64,000 nt of DNA from Bacteroidales bacterium (GCA_038316435.1 JBBQAQ010000015.1:9384-73383); one strand, 5' to 3'. Positions 1-10,686 are shown, numbered from the stretch's first letter. Numbers and translations are program-made. The notes: generated by a model from the sequence alone, not told the origin.

Positions 1-1128
1 ATGGGAGTGAGAGTTGAGAAACATTCTCCCAATAAATATACTTTTACAGCAAAGGATATTAACCTTGAATACCTCGAAACGGCTGACTTCTACGAAAAAA
101 GTACCGCTCTCCGCGGTTCTGTAATGATCGTTGGCCCGCTATTGGGGAGATTTGGAAAAGCGTTTATTCCCAAGCCCGGGGGAGATAAGATCGGAAGACG
201 GCGTCTCGATACCCATTTCATTGGCTTTCAGAACCTTGGTGCAAAGTTTAATTTCGATTCAAAAAATGCATTTTATACTGTTGAAGCATCTAACCTGAAA
301 GGCTGTTACATGCTACTCGACGAAGCTTCAGTTACTGGAACAGCAAATATTATCATGGCCGCTGTGATGGCGAAAGGTACTACCACCATTTATAATGCCG
401 CATGCGAGCCATATATACAACAACTTTGCCTCATGCTTAACCGTATGGGCGCAGGAATTACAGGTATAGGATCAAATCTTCTTACTATCGAGGGAGTTAG
501 TTCTCTGAAAGGCACAGAACATATGATTCTGCCTGATATGATTGAAATTGGGAGTTTTATCGGGATGGCCGCAATGACGCATTCCGAACTTACAATAAAA
601 AATGTCCGCTACGATATGCTGGGTATTATCCCTGACTCTTTTCGAAGGATGGGCATTCAGATGGAGTTGCGGAACGATGATATTTATATTCCTGCGCAGG
701 AACATTATGAGATCGACACCTTCATTGACGGTGCAATTCTTACTATCGCAGATGCACCATGGCCCGGTCTTACCCCCGACTTGCTAAGCGTAATTCTGGT
801 AATTGCCACACAGGCCAAAGGCAGCATTCTGGTTCATCAGAAAATGTTCGAAAGCCGTTTGTTTTTCGTAGATAAAATTATTGATATGGGAGCTCAGATT
901 ATTCTTTGCGACCCCCATCGCGCAACAGTAATCGGGATGGATGGAAAAATTAAACTCCGATCCACTGTTATGACCTCCCCCGATATCCGTGCCGGTGTTG
1001 CTTTGCTTATCGCAGCTATGTCTGCTGAAGGAATAAGCACTATTCATAACATCGAACAGATCGACCGTGGGTACGAAAGTATCGATGTCAGATTGAATGC
1101 TCTTGGAGCCAAAATTGAACGAATCTAA
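1..1128 (+). CDS. murA: UDP-N-acetylglucosamine 1-carboxyvinyltransferase, 5'-truncated by the window edge (C-terminal ~375 aa)
   Basis: The ORF is open from base 1. The active-site loop PKPGGDKIGRRRLDTH aligns to the MurA PGG[C/D]xIGxRxxDxH loop. The C-terminal IEQIDRGYE..L..LGA end is typical of MurA. Confidence 0.9.
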   Translation: MGVRVEKHSPNKYTFTAKDINLEYLETADFYEKSTALRGSVMIVGPLLGRFGKAFIPKPGGDKIGRRRLDTHFIGFQNLGAKFNFDSKNAFYTVEASNLKGCYMLLDEASVTGTANIIMAAVMAKGTTTIYNAACEPYIQQLCLMLNRMGAGITGIGSNLLTIEGVSSLKGTEHMILPDMIEIGSFIGMAAMTHSELTIKNVRYDMLGIIPDSFRRMGIQMELRNDDIYIPAQEHYEIDTFIDGAILTIADAPWPGLTPDLLSVILVIATQAKGSILVHQKMFESRLFFVDKIIDMGAQIILCDPHRATVIGMDGKIKLRSTVMTSPDIRAGVALLIAAMSAEGISTIHNIEQIDRGYESIDVRLNALGAKIERI

Positions 1129-1185
1129 ATTTTTTTTGTTTACCTTTGCATAAATTTACATATATAGATATTAATAATTAACAGA

Positions 1186-1770
1186 ATGATAAATAAAGCA
1201 GTATTAATTGGAAGTATGGTTATTGCTTTTGCAACAGCAAATTGCACTTCAGTTCAAAACGAGTCAAACAAAGATCCGAAAGTTACCGCATCAGAAACAG
1301 AAACTGCTCCTGCTGAAGCACCCGTCGGGCTTGCTATTGGCAACAGAGCTCCTGAACTTGAATATGAATCCCCAAATGGAAAAACAATAAAACTTTCTTC
1401 CTTAAAAGGCCAGCTTGTTCTGATCGATTTCTGGGCATCATGGTGCCCTCCATGCAGAGCAGAAAATCCAAATCTTGTAAGTACTTACAATCAGTTTAAG
1501 AACTCAGAATTCAATGTTGGTAAAGGATTTACAATTTACAGTGTTTCTCTGGATCAGCAAAAAGACAGATGGCTCGGCGCTATCAAAATGGACAATCTGA
1601 GTTGGCCCTCACATGTAAGCGATTTACTGGGATGGCAGTCGGTTCCCGCAGCAATGTATCAGGTAAGGTCAATTCCATCTAATTTCCTTATCGACGGAAA
1701 AGGAATTATTATTGCCACCAATCTTCGTGGCGAAGCCCTCGGAATTAAGCTCCAGGAACTTTTAAAATAG
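1186..1770 (+). CDS. TlpA-like thiol:disulfide oxidoreductase (thioredoxin fold), probable lipoprotein
   Basis: The N-terminus is signal/lipobox-like (AFATANC). The redox motif is FWASWCPPCR. Length of 194 aa fits the family. Confidence 0.8.
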   Translation: MINKAVLIGSMVIAFATANCTSVQNESNKDPKVTASETETAPAEAPVGLAIGNRAPELEYESPNGKTIKLSSLKGQLVLIDFWASWCPPCRAENPNLVSTYNQFKNSEFNVGKGFTIYSVSLDQQKDRWLGAIKMDNLSWPSHVSDLLGWQSVPAAMYQVRSIPSNFLIDGKGIIIATNLRGEALGIKLQELLK

Positions 1771-1897
1771 GCTGTTTAGGACCCTCTTCCTGACAATTTA
1801 ATTTTTAATAACTGCAAATTCTGTCAAATTGTCTCATAAGTCAATATTGGCAAACTATTTGTACGTTTAATGCCGTCAACAATAAAAAATAAGGAGA

Positions 1898-2479
1898 ATG
1901 GCCAGAAAAGAGAACCCGGGTGAACAATCAAACCATCAGGAAGCAGCTAAAGATAAGCAAAATACAAAGAATCCGAAGCAAAAACCGGAGCAAGAAAACA
2001 ACCTATCCGAAGAGTTCGAAAATCTTAAGGCACAGCTTGAAGTTTCTGAATTGAAACTGAATGAAAGTCAGGATAAATATTTACGTTTATCCGCTGAATT
2101 TGACAATTACAGGAAACGGACTCTGAAAGAAAAAATGGATATTTTGAAATCAGGCGGAGAAGAAACCATTCTGAAAGTTTTACCGGTTCTGGACGATTTT
2201 GAAAGAGCAATAACCGCCATGCAAACAACAACTGAAATTGACGCAGTAAAAAATGGCATTAGTCTGATTTACACGAAATTAAAAGAAATTCTTTCACAAC
2301 AGGGAATTAAAGAAATTGATTCCATGAATCTCGATTTTAATACTGATCTTCATGAAGCTATCACCAAAATCCCTGCTCCTTCGGAAGAATTAAAGGGTAA
2401 AGTGGTTGATGTTGTTCAAAAAGGCTACTATTTGAATGATAAGGTTTTGCGATTTGCTAAAGTTGTAATCGGGGAATAA
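1898..2479 (+). CDS. grpE: Nucleotide exchange factor GrpE
   Basis: The sequence shows a coiled-coil plus the YLRL.AEFDNYRKR motif and a C-terminal beta domain. It lies directly upstream of dnaJ. Confidence 0.9.
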   Translation: MARKENPGEQSNHQEAAKDKQNTKNPKQKPEQENNLSEEFENLKAQLEVSELKLNESQDKYLRLSAEFDNYRKRTLKEKMDILKSGGEETILKVLPVLDDFERAITAMQTTTEIDAVKNGISLIYTKLKEILSQQGIKEIDSMNLDFNTDLHEAITKIPAPSEELKGKVVDVVQKGYYLNDKVLRFAKVVIGE

Positions 2480-2494
2480 AGAGATTTATTAAGT

Positions 2495-3646
2495 ATGGCA
2501 AAAAGAGATTATTACGAGGTACTGGAGGTCACAAAAAATGCCAGTGCGGAAGAGATTAAAAAGGCTTACCGCAAGATGGCTCTAATGTATCATCCCGATA
2601 AAAATCCTGACAATAAAGAGGCGGAAAATAAATTCAAAGAGGCTGCCGAAGCCTATGATGTTCTGTCAAACCCTCAAAAAAAAGCTAAATACGACCAATA
2701 TGGCCATGCTGCATTCAGTAATAGCGGCGGTTCTGGTGGGTATTCAGGTGGAGGTATGACCGTTGAAGATATCTTTGAACATTTTGGTGATATTTTCGGG
2801 GGATTTGGTGGATTCGGCGGTTTTGGTGGTGGCAGACAGTCGCAACCCAGGCAGAATAAAGGTTCTAACCTTCGAGTAAAAGTTAAGCTCAATCTGGAAG
2901 AAGTCTCAAAGGGAGTTGAAAAAAAAATAAAAGTTAAGAAATATGTTTCCTGTCAGGATTGTAGTGGTACCGGAGCAAAAAACGGTAGTTCATACAATAC
3001 TTGTACAAGCTGTAATGGAAACGGACAAGTAACAAGAGTTACGAATACCTTCCTTGGTGCTATGCAGACTACCACTGCCTGTCCAACGTGCAACGGAGAA
3101 GGACGAATTATTTCCAATAAATGCACGAGCTGCTATGGAGAGGGAATTATAAGTACTGATGAAACAATATCATTTTCAATTCCTGCCGGTGTTGCCGAAG
3201 GTATGCAGCTAAAAGTTAGTGGCAAAGGAAACGCTGCACGAAGAGGCGGTGTCAATGGTGACCTGCTTGTACTTATAACTGAAGAACAGCATCCCGAGCT
3301 AATCCGCGATGGTAACGATTTATTGTACAACATGTACCTTACTATTCCTGACGCTGTTACTGGCACAACTGTTGAAATACCTACTATTGAAGGTAAGATC
3401 AAAATAAAAATTGATCCCGGAACTCAGCCAGGTAAAATACTCAGAATCAGAAGCAAAGGAGTGCCTGATGTTAATGGATATGGGAAGGGTGATCTCCTGA
3501 TTTCTATTAGTGTATGGATTCCGCGCACACTTAATAAAGAAGAGTATAAACTATTTGAAAAACTAAAAGAATCTTCTAACTTTATTCCCAATCCCGATAA
3601 AAATGACAAGACTTTCTTTGACAGAATGAGAAATCTTTTCGAATAA
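2495..3646 (+). CDS. dnaJ: Molecular chaperone DnaJ
   Basis: It has a J domain with HPD (MYHPDKN), a G/F-rich linker, and four CxxCxGxG zinc-finger repeats ([32 protein letters not shown]). Confidence 0.95.
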   Translation: MAKRDYYEVLEVTKNASAEEIKKAYRKMALMYHPDKNPDNKEAENKFKEAAEAYDVLSNPQKKAKYDQYGHAAFSNSGGSGGYSGGGMTVEDIFEHFGDIFGGFGGFGGFGGGRQSQPRQNKGSNLRVKVKLNLEEVSKGVEKKIKVKKYVSCQDCSGTGAKNGSSYNTCTSCNGNGQVTRVTNTFLGAMQTTTACPTCNGEGRIISNKCTSCYGEGIISTDETISFSIPAGVAEGMQLKVSGKGNAARRGGVNGDLLVLITEEQHPELIRDGNDLLYNMYLTIPDAVTGTTVEIPTIEGKIKIKIDPGTQPGKILRIRSKGVPDVNGYGKGDLLISISVWIPRTLNKEEYKLFEKLKESSNFIPNPDKNDKTFFDRMRNLFE

Positions 3647-3806
3647 ACGTATTGCCTGCCCTAATAAAAAGTGGCATTTTTCGTTTACAATGGTATTATT
3701 CTGAATTTAGTTATCGAAGTAATACAGAATTATTTACAAGGCGATAAGCGGGATAAATTTTTTAAAATCAAAGTTGCTGAACACTCACTAAATAAACCAC
3801 AAGCTT

Positions 3807-4742
3807 ATGGAGCTCTTTCAGGCAAAAAATGTAGTTAAAGAATTTTCTAATCACCGGGCTCTGAATAAAGTTTCCATCTCTGTGCCCGAAAACACCATCT
3901 TCGGATTACTAGGCCCTAACGGAGCAGGAAAAACAACCCTTATTCGTATTATCAATCAGATTACCGCACCCGATGAAGGTGAATTATTTTTTCAGGGGAG
4001 AAAAATGCAACCTGATGATATTCATTATATTGGATACCTTCCAGAAGAAAGAGGCCTTTATAAAAAAATGAAGGTTGGTGAACAGGCAGTTTATCTGGCC
4101 CAACTAAAAGGACTTTCACGCCAGGATGCAATGAAAAAGCTGAAGTACTGGTTTGAAAAATTTGAAATGACCGAATGGTGGAACAAAAAGGTTGAAGAAC
4201 TTTCAAAAGGGATGCAGCAAAAAGTTCAGTTTGTAATTACTATACTTCATGAACCTAAATTGCTTATATTTGATGAGCCTTTCAGCGGATTTGATCCGAT
4301 TAATGCGAACCTTCTGAAAAACGAAATTCTGGAGCTAAAACGAAATGGTTCTACGATTATCTTTTCAACACATAACATGAGTTCGGTTGAGGAGCTTTGC
4401 GATCATATCAGCCTGATTAATAAGTCGGAAGTTATTCTTGAAGGTCAGATTTTTGATATCAAAAAAAACTACCGTACGAATGTCTACGAATTCAGTTATA
4501 CAGGAGACCCTGAAAATCTGCTATCAAAACTATCCAAACCCTATGAATTACTGACGAATACTACTGAAAATCATATTCATTTCGCCAGCATCAAAACACC
4601 TAGCGAAGATACTGATAATCATCTTCTGAAAGAGCTGATACCATTGGTTAATATTGTATCATTCAATGAATTGATTCCCTCAATGAATGATGTATTTATC
4701 CGCGTGGTTGAGGAAACAAACAAGAAAAATTCCATAGCTTAA
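3807..4742 (+). CDS. ABC transporter ATP-binding protein (ABC-2/NatA-like)
   Basis: It has Walker A GPNGAGKTT, the signature LSKGMQQK and Walker B LLIFDEP. An ABC-2 permease gene follows 10 nt downstream. Confidence 0.85.
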   Translation: MELFQAKNVVKEFSNHRALNKVSISVPENTIFGLLGPNGAGKTTLIRIINQITAPDEGELFFQGRKMQPDDIHYIGYLPEERGLYKKMKVGEQAVYLAQLKGLSRQDAMKKLKYWFEKFEMTEWWNKKVEELSKGMQQKVQFVITILHEPKLLIFDEPFSGFDPINANLLKNEILELKRNGSTIIFSTHNMSSVEELCDHISLINKSEVILEGQIFDIKKNYRTNVYEFSYTGDPENLLSKLSKPYELLTNTTENHIHFASIKTPSEDTDNHLLKELIPLVNIVSFNELIPSMNDVFIRVVEETNKKNSIA

Positions 4743-4752
4743 ACATATCCTG

Positions 4753-6099
4753 ATGCATAAAATTCTACTTATCATTCAGCGGGAATATCTTACCCGGGTA
4801 AAAAAGAAATCATTTCTTGTTATGACAATTCTGGGTCCTGTGCTCTTTGCAGCATTTATGGTTATTCCCGCATGGCTTGCCACAATGGAAGATACAGAAG
4901 TCAAAACTATCGCTGTGGTTGATAGCACAAACATTTTTTATAAGATACTTCCTGAAACAGAATTCATCAAGTTCAAATATCCCGAAGGTATCAGCCTGAA
5001 AGATCTTCAAAATAGCTTTGAACAATTGGGTTACAGCGCAATCCTGTTTATCCCTCATAACATTTTATCGTCCAACACAAGTATTTTATATTCTAATAAG
5101 CAGCCAAGTCTTTCTGTATCAATGCATATCGAGAATTCCATCGAGAAAGAAATTGAACGTCAGAAACTCAAAGCCAATAATATTGAAAATCTGGATGAAA
5201 TATTAAAATCAGTTAAAACCGACATTGATCTGAGAAACATCTCATGGAATGAGGAGGGCCAGGAAAAAGAGAGCAACACAGGACTCGCTATGGGCATTGG
5301 CTATGGAAGCGGGATGCTGATTTATTTCTTCATCTTTTTATTTGGTGCTCAGGTGATGAGGGGTGTAATTGAAGAAAAAACTAATCGGATCGTGGAGGTA
5401 ATTGTTTCATCAGTCAGACCTTTTCAACTCATGATGGGTAAGATCGTTGGCGTGGGGTTGGTAGGACTGACACAATTTGTTCTTTGGGTATCGCTTACAT
5501 TTCTCTTTGTCGGAGTAGTTCAGAAAGTGGCATTTCCCGAGCTATCTAAAACGCCTACCGAGCAGGTGCTTTCTCAGGATATCATGAACAACCAGCAGTT
5601 GCAAAAGCCACAAATGAATTTTACTGAACCAAAACCTCAGATGCTAGAGGAAATTTTCACATCCCTTGGGAGTGTAAATTTCGGTTTGATATTAGGCATG
5701 TTTATTTTTTATTTTATCGGGGGATATTTGTTATACGGATCTTTTTTCGCAATTATCGGTTCAGCAGTTGATAATGAAGCCGATACCCAGCAGTTCATGC
5801 TTCCGGTTACTCTACCTCTGATCATAGCAATTTTTGTAATGATAAACACCATAAATAATCCGGATGGTCAGTTGGCATTCTGGTTTAGCATGATTCCACT
5901 CACCTCACCGGTTGTGATGATGGTTAGAATACCTTTCCATCCCCCTGCATGGGAGATTATTTTATCTGCCCTTATTCTGGTCATTACGTTTGTAGGATCA
6001 ACGTGGATGGCAGGTAAAATCTATAGAACAGGAATTCTGATGTATGGTAAAAAAGCCTCTTACAAGGAACTTTGGAAATGGTTCAGATATAAATCTTAG
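4753..6099 (+). CDS. ABC-2 family transporter permease (NatB-like)
   Basis: The protein has an N-terminal TM helix, a large extracytoplasmic loop, and then a cluster of about 5 TM helices. It appears coupled to the upstream ATPase gene. Confidence 0.7.
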   Translation: MHKILLIIQREYLTRVKKKSFLVMTILGPVLFAAFMVIPAWLATMEDTEVKTIAVVDSTNIFYKILPETEFIKFKYPEGISLKDLQNSFEQLGYSAILFIPHNILSSNTSILYSNKQPSLSVSMHIENSIEKEIERQKLKANNIENLDEILKSVKTDIDLRNISWNEEGQEKESNTGLAMGIGYGSGMLIYFFIFLFGAQVMRGVIEEKTNRIVEVIVSSVRPFQLMMGKIVGVGLVGLTQFVLWVSLTFLFVGVVQKVAFPELSKTPTEQVLSQDIMNNQQLQKPQMNFTEPKPQMLEEIFTSLGSVNFGLILGMFIFYFIGGYLLYGSFFAIIGSAVDNEADTQQFMLPVTLPLIIAIFVMINTINNPDGQLAFWFSMIPLTSPVVMMVRIPFHPPAWEIILSALILVITFVGSTWMAGKIYRTGILMYGKKASYKELWKWFRYKS

Positions 6100-6104
6100 A
6101 TATA

Positions 6105-7055
6105 ATGTACCCACTTGATTCACCATCAACGCGAATTGCAATTCTTGATTTTGGAACTAACACCTTCAATCTTCTGATCACAGAAGTTAGTAATGAAAAC
6201 AAACTTATCGTTCTTCATACTGCAAAAGAGGCTGTTAAATTGGGTGAAGGAGGAATTACAAGAAAAATTATCACCGACGAAGCTTTCGAAAGAGGTCTTT
6301 CGGCTATTGAACGCCACCTTGTAAGAGTTAAGGAATTTAATGTAAGTAAAGTTTATGCCTTCGCTACCTCAGCAATTCGGGATGCTTCAAACGGAAAGAC
6401 ATTTATTAATGCAGTAAAAGATCGTTTTGACATTCATGTTCTCATTATCGAAGGTGAAAGAGAGGCTGAAATGATCTACCGTGGGGTAAGGCTTTCACTT
6501 GATATGGATGAGCAACCCGTGTTGATCCTTGATATTGGCGGTGGAAGTAATGAATTTATTATCGCGAATAAAAAAGAAATTTTCTGGAAACATAGTTTCA
6601 ATCTGGGCATGGCTCGCTTACTCGAGACGTTTCATCCCTCTGACCCTATCTCTCCATCTGAAATTGATACGCTCACAGCTTATCTGAAAACGGAATTAAA
6701 AGAGCTGTTTTCTGCAGTAAAAGAATTTAAGCCAAACAAGCTTGTGGGCGCCTCTGGTTCATTTGAAACGATTTCGGCTTTACTTCAACACCGTTATCCC
6801 TCTAAATACACTAAAGGAAGTGTGGCTGCAAGAGAAATAATCTATGAAGATTTTCTTGAGCAACACCAATTACTGTTAAAATCTACAATTGAGGAAAGAC
6901 GGGTAATGCCGGGAATGGAACCGGTGCGTGTTGAAATGATCGTGCTGGCTAGTATTTTTATTAAGATTACCACAGAAGAATGTGGTCTAAAAAAGATTAT
7001 TCAGTCCGATTACGCATTAAAAGAAGGTGTTATTGCTGAGATCCTTAACCTTTGA
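6105..7055 (+). CDS. Ppx/GppA family phosphatase (exopolyphosphatase-like)
   Basis: It has ASKHA-fold phosphate-binding motifs (AILDFGTNTFNL, LDIGGGSNEF). Length of 316 aa fits the family. Confidence 0.8.
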   Translation: MYPLDSPSTRIAILDFGTNTFNLLITEVSNENKLIVLHTAKEAVKLGEGGITRKIITDEAFERGLSAIERHLVRVKEFNVSKVYAFATSAIRDASNGKTFINAVKDRFDIHVLIIEGEREAEMIYRGVRLSLDMDEQPVLILDIGGGSNEFIIANKKEIFWKHSFNLGMARLLETFHPSDPISPSEIDTLTAYLKTELKELFSAVKEFKPNKLVGASGSFETISALLQHRYPSKYTKGSVAAREIIYEDFLEQHQLLLKSTIEERRVMPGMEPVRVEMIVLASIFIKITTEECGLKKIIQSDYALKEGVIAEILNL

Positions 7056-7066
7056 TAAACCAAAGA

Positions 7067-8236
7067 ATGGCTAAAATACTTGTTATCGACGATGAAAAAA
7101 GTATCCGGACAACCTTGCAGGAAATCCTTCAGTACGAAAGCTATGAAGTAGACCTAGCTTCAAGTGGAGCTGAAGGACTTGAGATATTTGCCCAGAAAAA
7201 ATATGATATTGTATTATGCGATATCAAGATGCCTGAGATGGATGGGTTGGAAGTACTGGAGAAGATCTTCGAAAAAAATAGTGATACTCAGGTGATCATG
7301 ATTTCCGGACATGGCAACGTTGAAAATGCTGTTCAGGCTATCAAACATGGCGCTTATGATTTTATTCAGAAGCCACTGGATTTGAACCGCTTGCTAATCA
7401 CCATTCGGAATGCGATGGATAAATCCAGTCTCATTTCCGAAACCACCGTATTAAAGAAAAAAGTCAGCAAAACACTCGAAATGGTTGGGGAATCCCCTGC
7501 CATTATGCAAGTTAAGGAGATGATTGAAAAGGTTGCCCCTACCGATGCTCGGGTTCTTATCACTGGAAATAATGGCACCGGAAAGGAACTTGTTGCACGA
7601 TGGCTTCATGAAAAAAGTGAAAGATCCTCACTACCATTTGTGGAAGTAAACTGCGCGGCAATACCTTCTGAATTAATTGAAAGTGAATTGTTTGGTCATG
7701 AGAAAGGAGCTTTTACCTCCGCAATTAAGCAAAGAAAAGGCAAGTTTGAGCAGGCTGATGGAGGTACACTTTTTCTGGACGAGATAGGTGACATGAGTCT
7801 TTCAGCGCAGGCCAAAGTATTACGGGCTCTTCAGGAACATAAAATTACAAGGGTTGGATCTGACTCCGACATAACCGTAAATGTGCGTATTATTGCGGCA
7901 ACCAATAAAAATCTAAAGGAAGAAATTGCTAGGAATAACTTCCGTGAGGATCTTTACCACCGCTTAAGTGTCATTCTGATAAATGTTCCCTCCCTTAATG
8001 AAAGAATCGATGACATACCATTACTATCCAGGTATTTTAATGAAATCATCTGTAGCGAATACGGTATTCCACTTAAGGTGATTGAGGAGGATGCAGTAAA
8101 AGCTTTACAAGAAATTAACTGGACCGGGAATATCAGGGAATTCAGAAATGTTCTGGAGAGGCTTATCATATTGTGCGACAAACAGATAACATCTAAAGAT
8201 GTTGCTTTATTCGCCCAACCAATCGGGAAAATGTGA
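7067..8236 (+). CDS. Sigma-54-dependent response regulator (REC + AAA+), lacking a C-terminal HTH domain
   Basis: The REC domain shows KILVIDDE...D..MPEMDG. The AAA+ domain has Walker A GNNGTGKE, a GAFTSA loop, Walker B LFLDEIG and an arginine-finger region. I prefer the ATG at 7067 over the tracked TTG at 7052. Confidence 0.85.
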   Translation: MAKILVIDDEKSIRTTLQEILQYESYEVDLASSGAEGLEIFAQKKYDIVLCDIKMPEMDGLEVLEKIFEKNSDTQVIMISGHGNVENAVQAIKHGAYDFIQKPLDLNRLLITIRNAMDKSSLISETTVLKKKVSKTLEMVGESPAIMQVKEMIEKVAPTDARVLITGNNGTGKELVARWLHEKSERSSLPFVEVNCAAIPSELIESELFGHEKGAFTSAIKQRKGKFEQADGGTLFLDEIGDMSLSAQAKVLRALQEHKITRVGSDSDITVNVRIIAATNKNLKEEIARNNFREDLYHRLSVILINVPSLNERIDDIPLLSRYFNEIICSEYGIPLKVIEEDAVKALQEINWTGNIREFRNVLERLIILCDKQITSKDVALFAQPIGKM

Positions 8237-8320
8237 TCTCGCTTTGCTGTTTGCAAAGTTTATCGCATCTTGCATTGAAATTATTCAAGGTATCAGAATT
8301 ACCAAACACTCTTTTGCAGA

Positions 8321-9031
8321 ATGAAAATTGATATTGTTATCCCGCTATACAATGAAGAAGAACTGATTATTAAGGTTCTTGATCTGCTCAATGAAGTAAA
8401 GCTCCCGGATTTCGTTTCATCCCGTAAAATCATCATTGTTGACGACGGTTCATCTGATAATTCCTTCGAAGTCGTAAAAAATTATATCCAAAAAACACCA
8501 GAACAATATCTTTTGTTAAAGATGGATAAAAACTCCGGGAAAGGTGCTGCAGTTAGATATGGCATGAATCATGGCGATGGTGAACTGATATTTATTCAGG
8601 ATGCAGATCTGGAATTATACCCTCATGATTTACCTGGTATGTTACTGGTAATGAAAAGCTTAAACGTTGAATTTGTAAATGGCTCACGATATCTGCCCGG
8701 CATACCACGGCCTCTTTCCTCCTATCGCAGATATCTGGCAAACCAGTTTTTCACATGGCTGACTTCCATCTTTATCAATGTTAAACTTACCGACATGGCA
8801 TGTGGGTACAAACTGTTTACCCGGGAACTTTATAATAAACTCCATTTAAAAGAAAACCGCTTTGGTTTTGAAGCAGAGATAATTCTCAAAGCTCTCCGAA
8901 TTAAGAAAAATAATATCACCGAAGTACCTGTAAATTATTTCCCCCGAAATGAAGCCGAAGGCAAGAAGTTCAAAAGTATTGATGCTATAAAGATGCTGAT
9001 TACTATTTTCAGGTATGCTTTTTTTAAATAA
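8321..9031 (+). CDS. Family 2 glycosyltransferase (polyprenol-phosphate sugar transferase-like)
   Basis: GT2 motifs are present: VIPLYNEE, IIVDDGSSD, and DAD in IQDADLE. Confidence 0.8.
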   Translation: MKIDIVIPLYNEEELIIKVLDLLNEVKLPDFVSSRKIIIVDDGSSDNSFEVVKNYIQKTPEQYLLLKMDKNSGKGAAVRYGMNHGDGELIFIQDADLELYPHDLPGMLLVMKSLNVEFVNGSRYLPGIPRPLSSYRRYLANQFFTWLTSIFINVKLTDMACGYKLFTRELYNKLHLKENRFGFEAEIILKALRIKKNNITEVPVNYFPRNEAEGKKFKSIDAIKMLITIFRYAFFK

Positions 9032-9167
9032 GGCGATCCTTTAAAAAAGTAATGTGGTCAAAAATATTTGGCGATTTTCAAAAAAAGAATTAAAAAAAGC
9101 TGATTTTTTGTTTTTCGCTACATTAAACATGACGGGTTTAAACCCCGAATGTTTTGTGGTAATGTGA

Positions 9168-10682
9168 TCAAAACTGAAAATAAATAAACGGCTGCAACCC
9201 TGCTGACCAGAACTGATAGATCACAAAGATTACCATTACCACAATTACCGGTTTAACATAAACCGGAGTGTTAATAAACCAATCGCGGTACCAGGATTTA
9301 ACTGAACTTGGTAACCAATGCATAAGATAGCCGATCAGCATTATCGCGAACACCATTTTGTACGAAACCAGCACTTCAGGAATAATGCTAAAACTGAAGT
9401 TATTCCATATTTGAGAAATTAGCTGTCGCGCATGCTCCATGCTATCCGAACGAAACCAGATTCTGGTAAAGGTGATGAAGTTAAAAGTCAGGAAAACTTT
9501 CCAGAAATGAGCAATTAGAAGTGTACTGTTTTCATAAGGACTAATTCGTTTCCAGTACTTATAAACCAAAATTCCCAGGCCGTTTAAGCCTCCCCAAATA
9601 ACAAACTGCCAGCTTGCGCCATGCCATAACCCACCAATTAGCATTACCAACATCAGATTAATATTGGTTCTTACAGCGCCATGCTGATTTCCTCCGAGGG
9701 GAATATAGAGATAATCCTTCAACCAACTTGAAAGTGAAATATGCCATCGTTTCCAGAAATTGCCAAGGTTTTCAGCTTTGTATGGTGAGTTGAAATTTCG
9801 TGGGAGCCTGAATCCCATGAGCAAAGCAACTCCGATGGCAATATCCGTGTATCCTGAAAAATCGCAATAAACCTGAAGTGAATAACCATAAAGGGCCATG
9901 AGGTTTTCGAAACCTGTATATCCCGTTGGATTGGAAAATACTCTGTCGATCAGGTTTACTGCAAGGTAATCTCCAATCAACATTTTCTTTACCAAACCAT
10001 TAATAATCAAAAATATAGCAAAGCCAAACTCTTCCATGGTAAGATGAAAACGCTTATATAATTGAGGAATAAACTCAGATGCTCTGACGATTGGACCCGC
10101 AACAAGCTGTGGGAAAAAAGAAACATAAAAGCCAAAATCGATTACATTTCTGACTGGCTCAATTTTCCTGCGATACAGGTCTATCGTATAAGACATTGTT
10201 TGAAAAGTAAAGAATGAGATTCCTACCGGAAGTCCAATGGCTGAAATATCGAAATGCGAACCTGCCACAGTATTTGAGATATCAGCAAGAAAATTATAAA
10301 CCCTGAAATCAGTATGAAACAGTTTATTGACGGAATTAGTAAAGAAATAAGAATATTTAAAATAGGAAAGCACGCTCAGATTAAGAATTATGCTGAAACT
10401 TACGAAGACTTTTCGCCAAGAGTCGGTTTTACTTTTGAATATCAGATTGCCAAGATAAAAATCTGAAACCGTTGCAAAGAGCAAAAGTAAGATGAAAATC
10501 CCACTGGTTTTCCAGTAGAAAAATACACTCACGATAAACAGAAATAAATTCCTGAAACTTCGGTAAGGGTATATTACCGAATAAACCGCCAGAACAATTG
10601 CGAAAAAGATCCAGAAATACAACTGTGTGAATAGCAGTGGTTTCTCAGCGGAAAAAAGTAATATATCCCGAAGTCCGGTCAT
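9168..10682 (-). CDS. MBOAT family O-acyltransferase (AlgI/PatA/DltB-like)
   Basis: The 504-aa protein is polytopic. The conserved MBOAT histidine region is present (WKRWHISLSSWLKDYLYIPLGGN ... GLWHGASW). Confidence 0.85.
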   Translation of the reverse strand: MTGLRDILLFSAEKPLLFTQLYFWIFFAIVLAVYSVIYPYRSFRNLFLFIVSVFFYWKTSGIFILLLLFATVSDFYLGNLIFKSKTDSWRKVFVSFSIILNLSVLSYFKYSYFFTNSVNKLFHTDFRVYNFLADISNTVAGSHFDISAIGLPVGISFFTFQTMSYTIDLYRRKIEPVRNVIDFGFYVSFFPQLVAGPIVRASEFIPQLYKRFHLTMEEFGFAIFLIINGLVKKMLIGDYLAVNLIDRVFSNPTGYTGFENLMALYGYSLQVYCDFSGYTDIAIGVALLMGFRLPRNFNSPYKAENLGNFWKRWHISLSSWLKDYLYIPLGGNQHGAVRTNINLMLVMLIGGLWHGASWQFVIWGGLNGLGILVYKYWKRISPYENSTLLIAHFWKVFLTFNFITFTRIWFRSDSMEHARQLISQIWNNFSFSIIPEVLVSYKMVFAIMLIGYLMHWLPSSVKSWYRDWFINTPVYVKPVIVVMVIFVIYQFWSAGLQPFIYFQF

Positions 10683-10686
10683 AGAT

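Noticed and set aside
472-1047. Antisense or alternate-frame ORFs inside murA (472-705 -, 602-787 +, 784-1047 -). Analogous shadow ORFs lie inside dnaJ, the ABC genes, the sigma-54 activator, the lipid kinase, cydAB, the cox and act genes, gdhA, the DAACS transporter and the permease.
   Set aside because: Each is fully embedded in a longer ORF with a clear family signature. Their translations are low-complexity or Cys/Ser/Pro-skewed, as is typical of out-of-frame reading.
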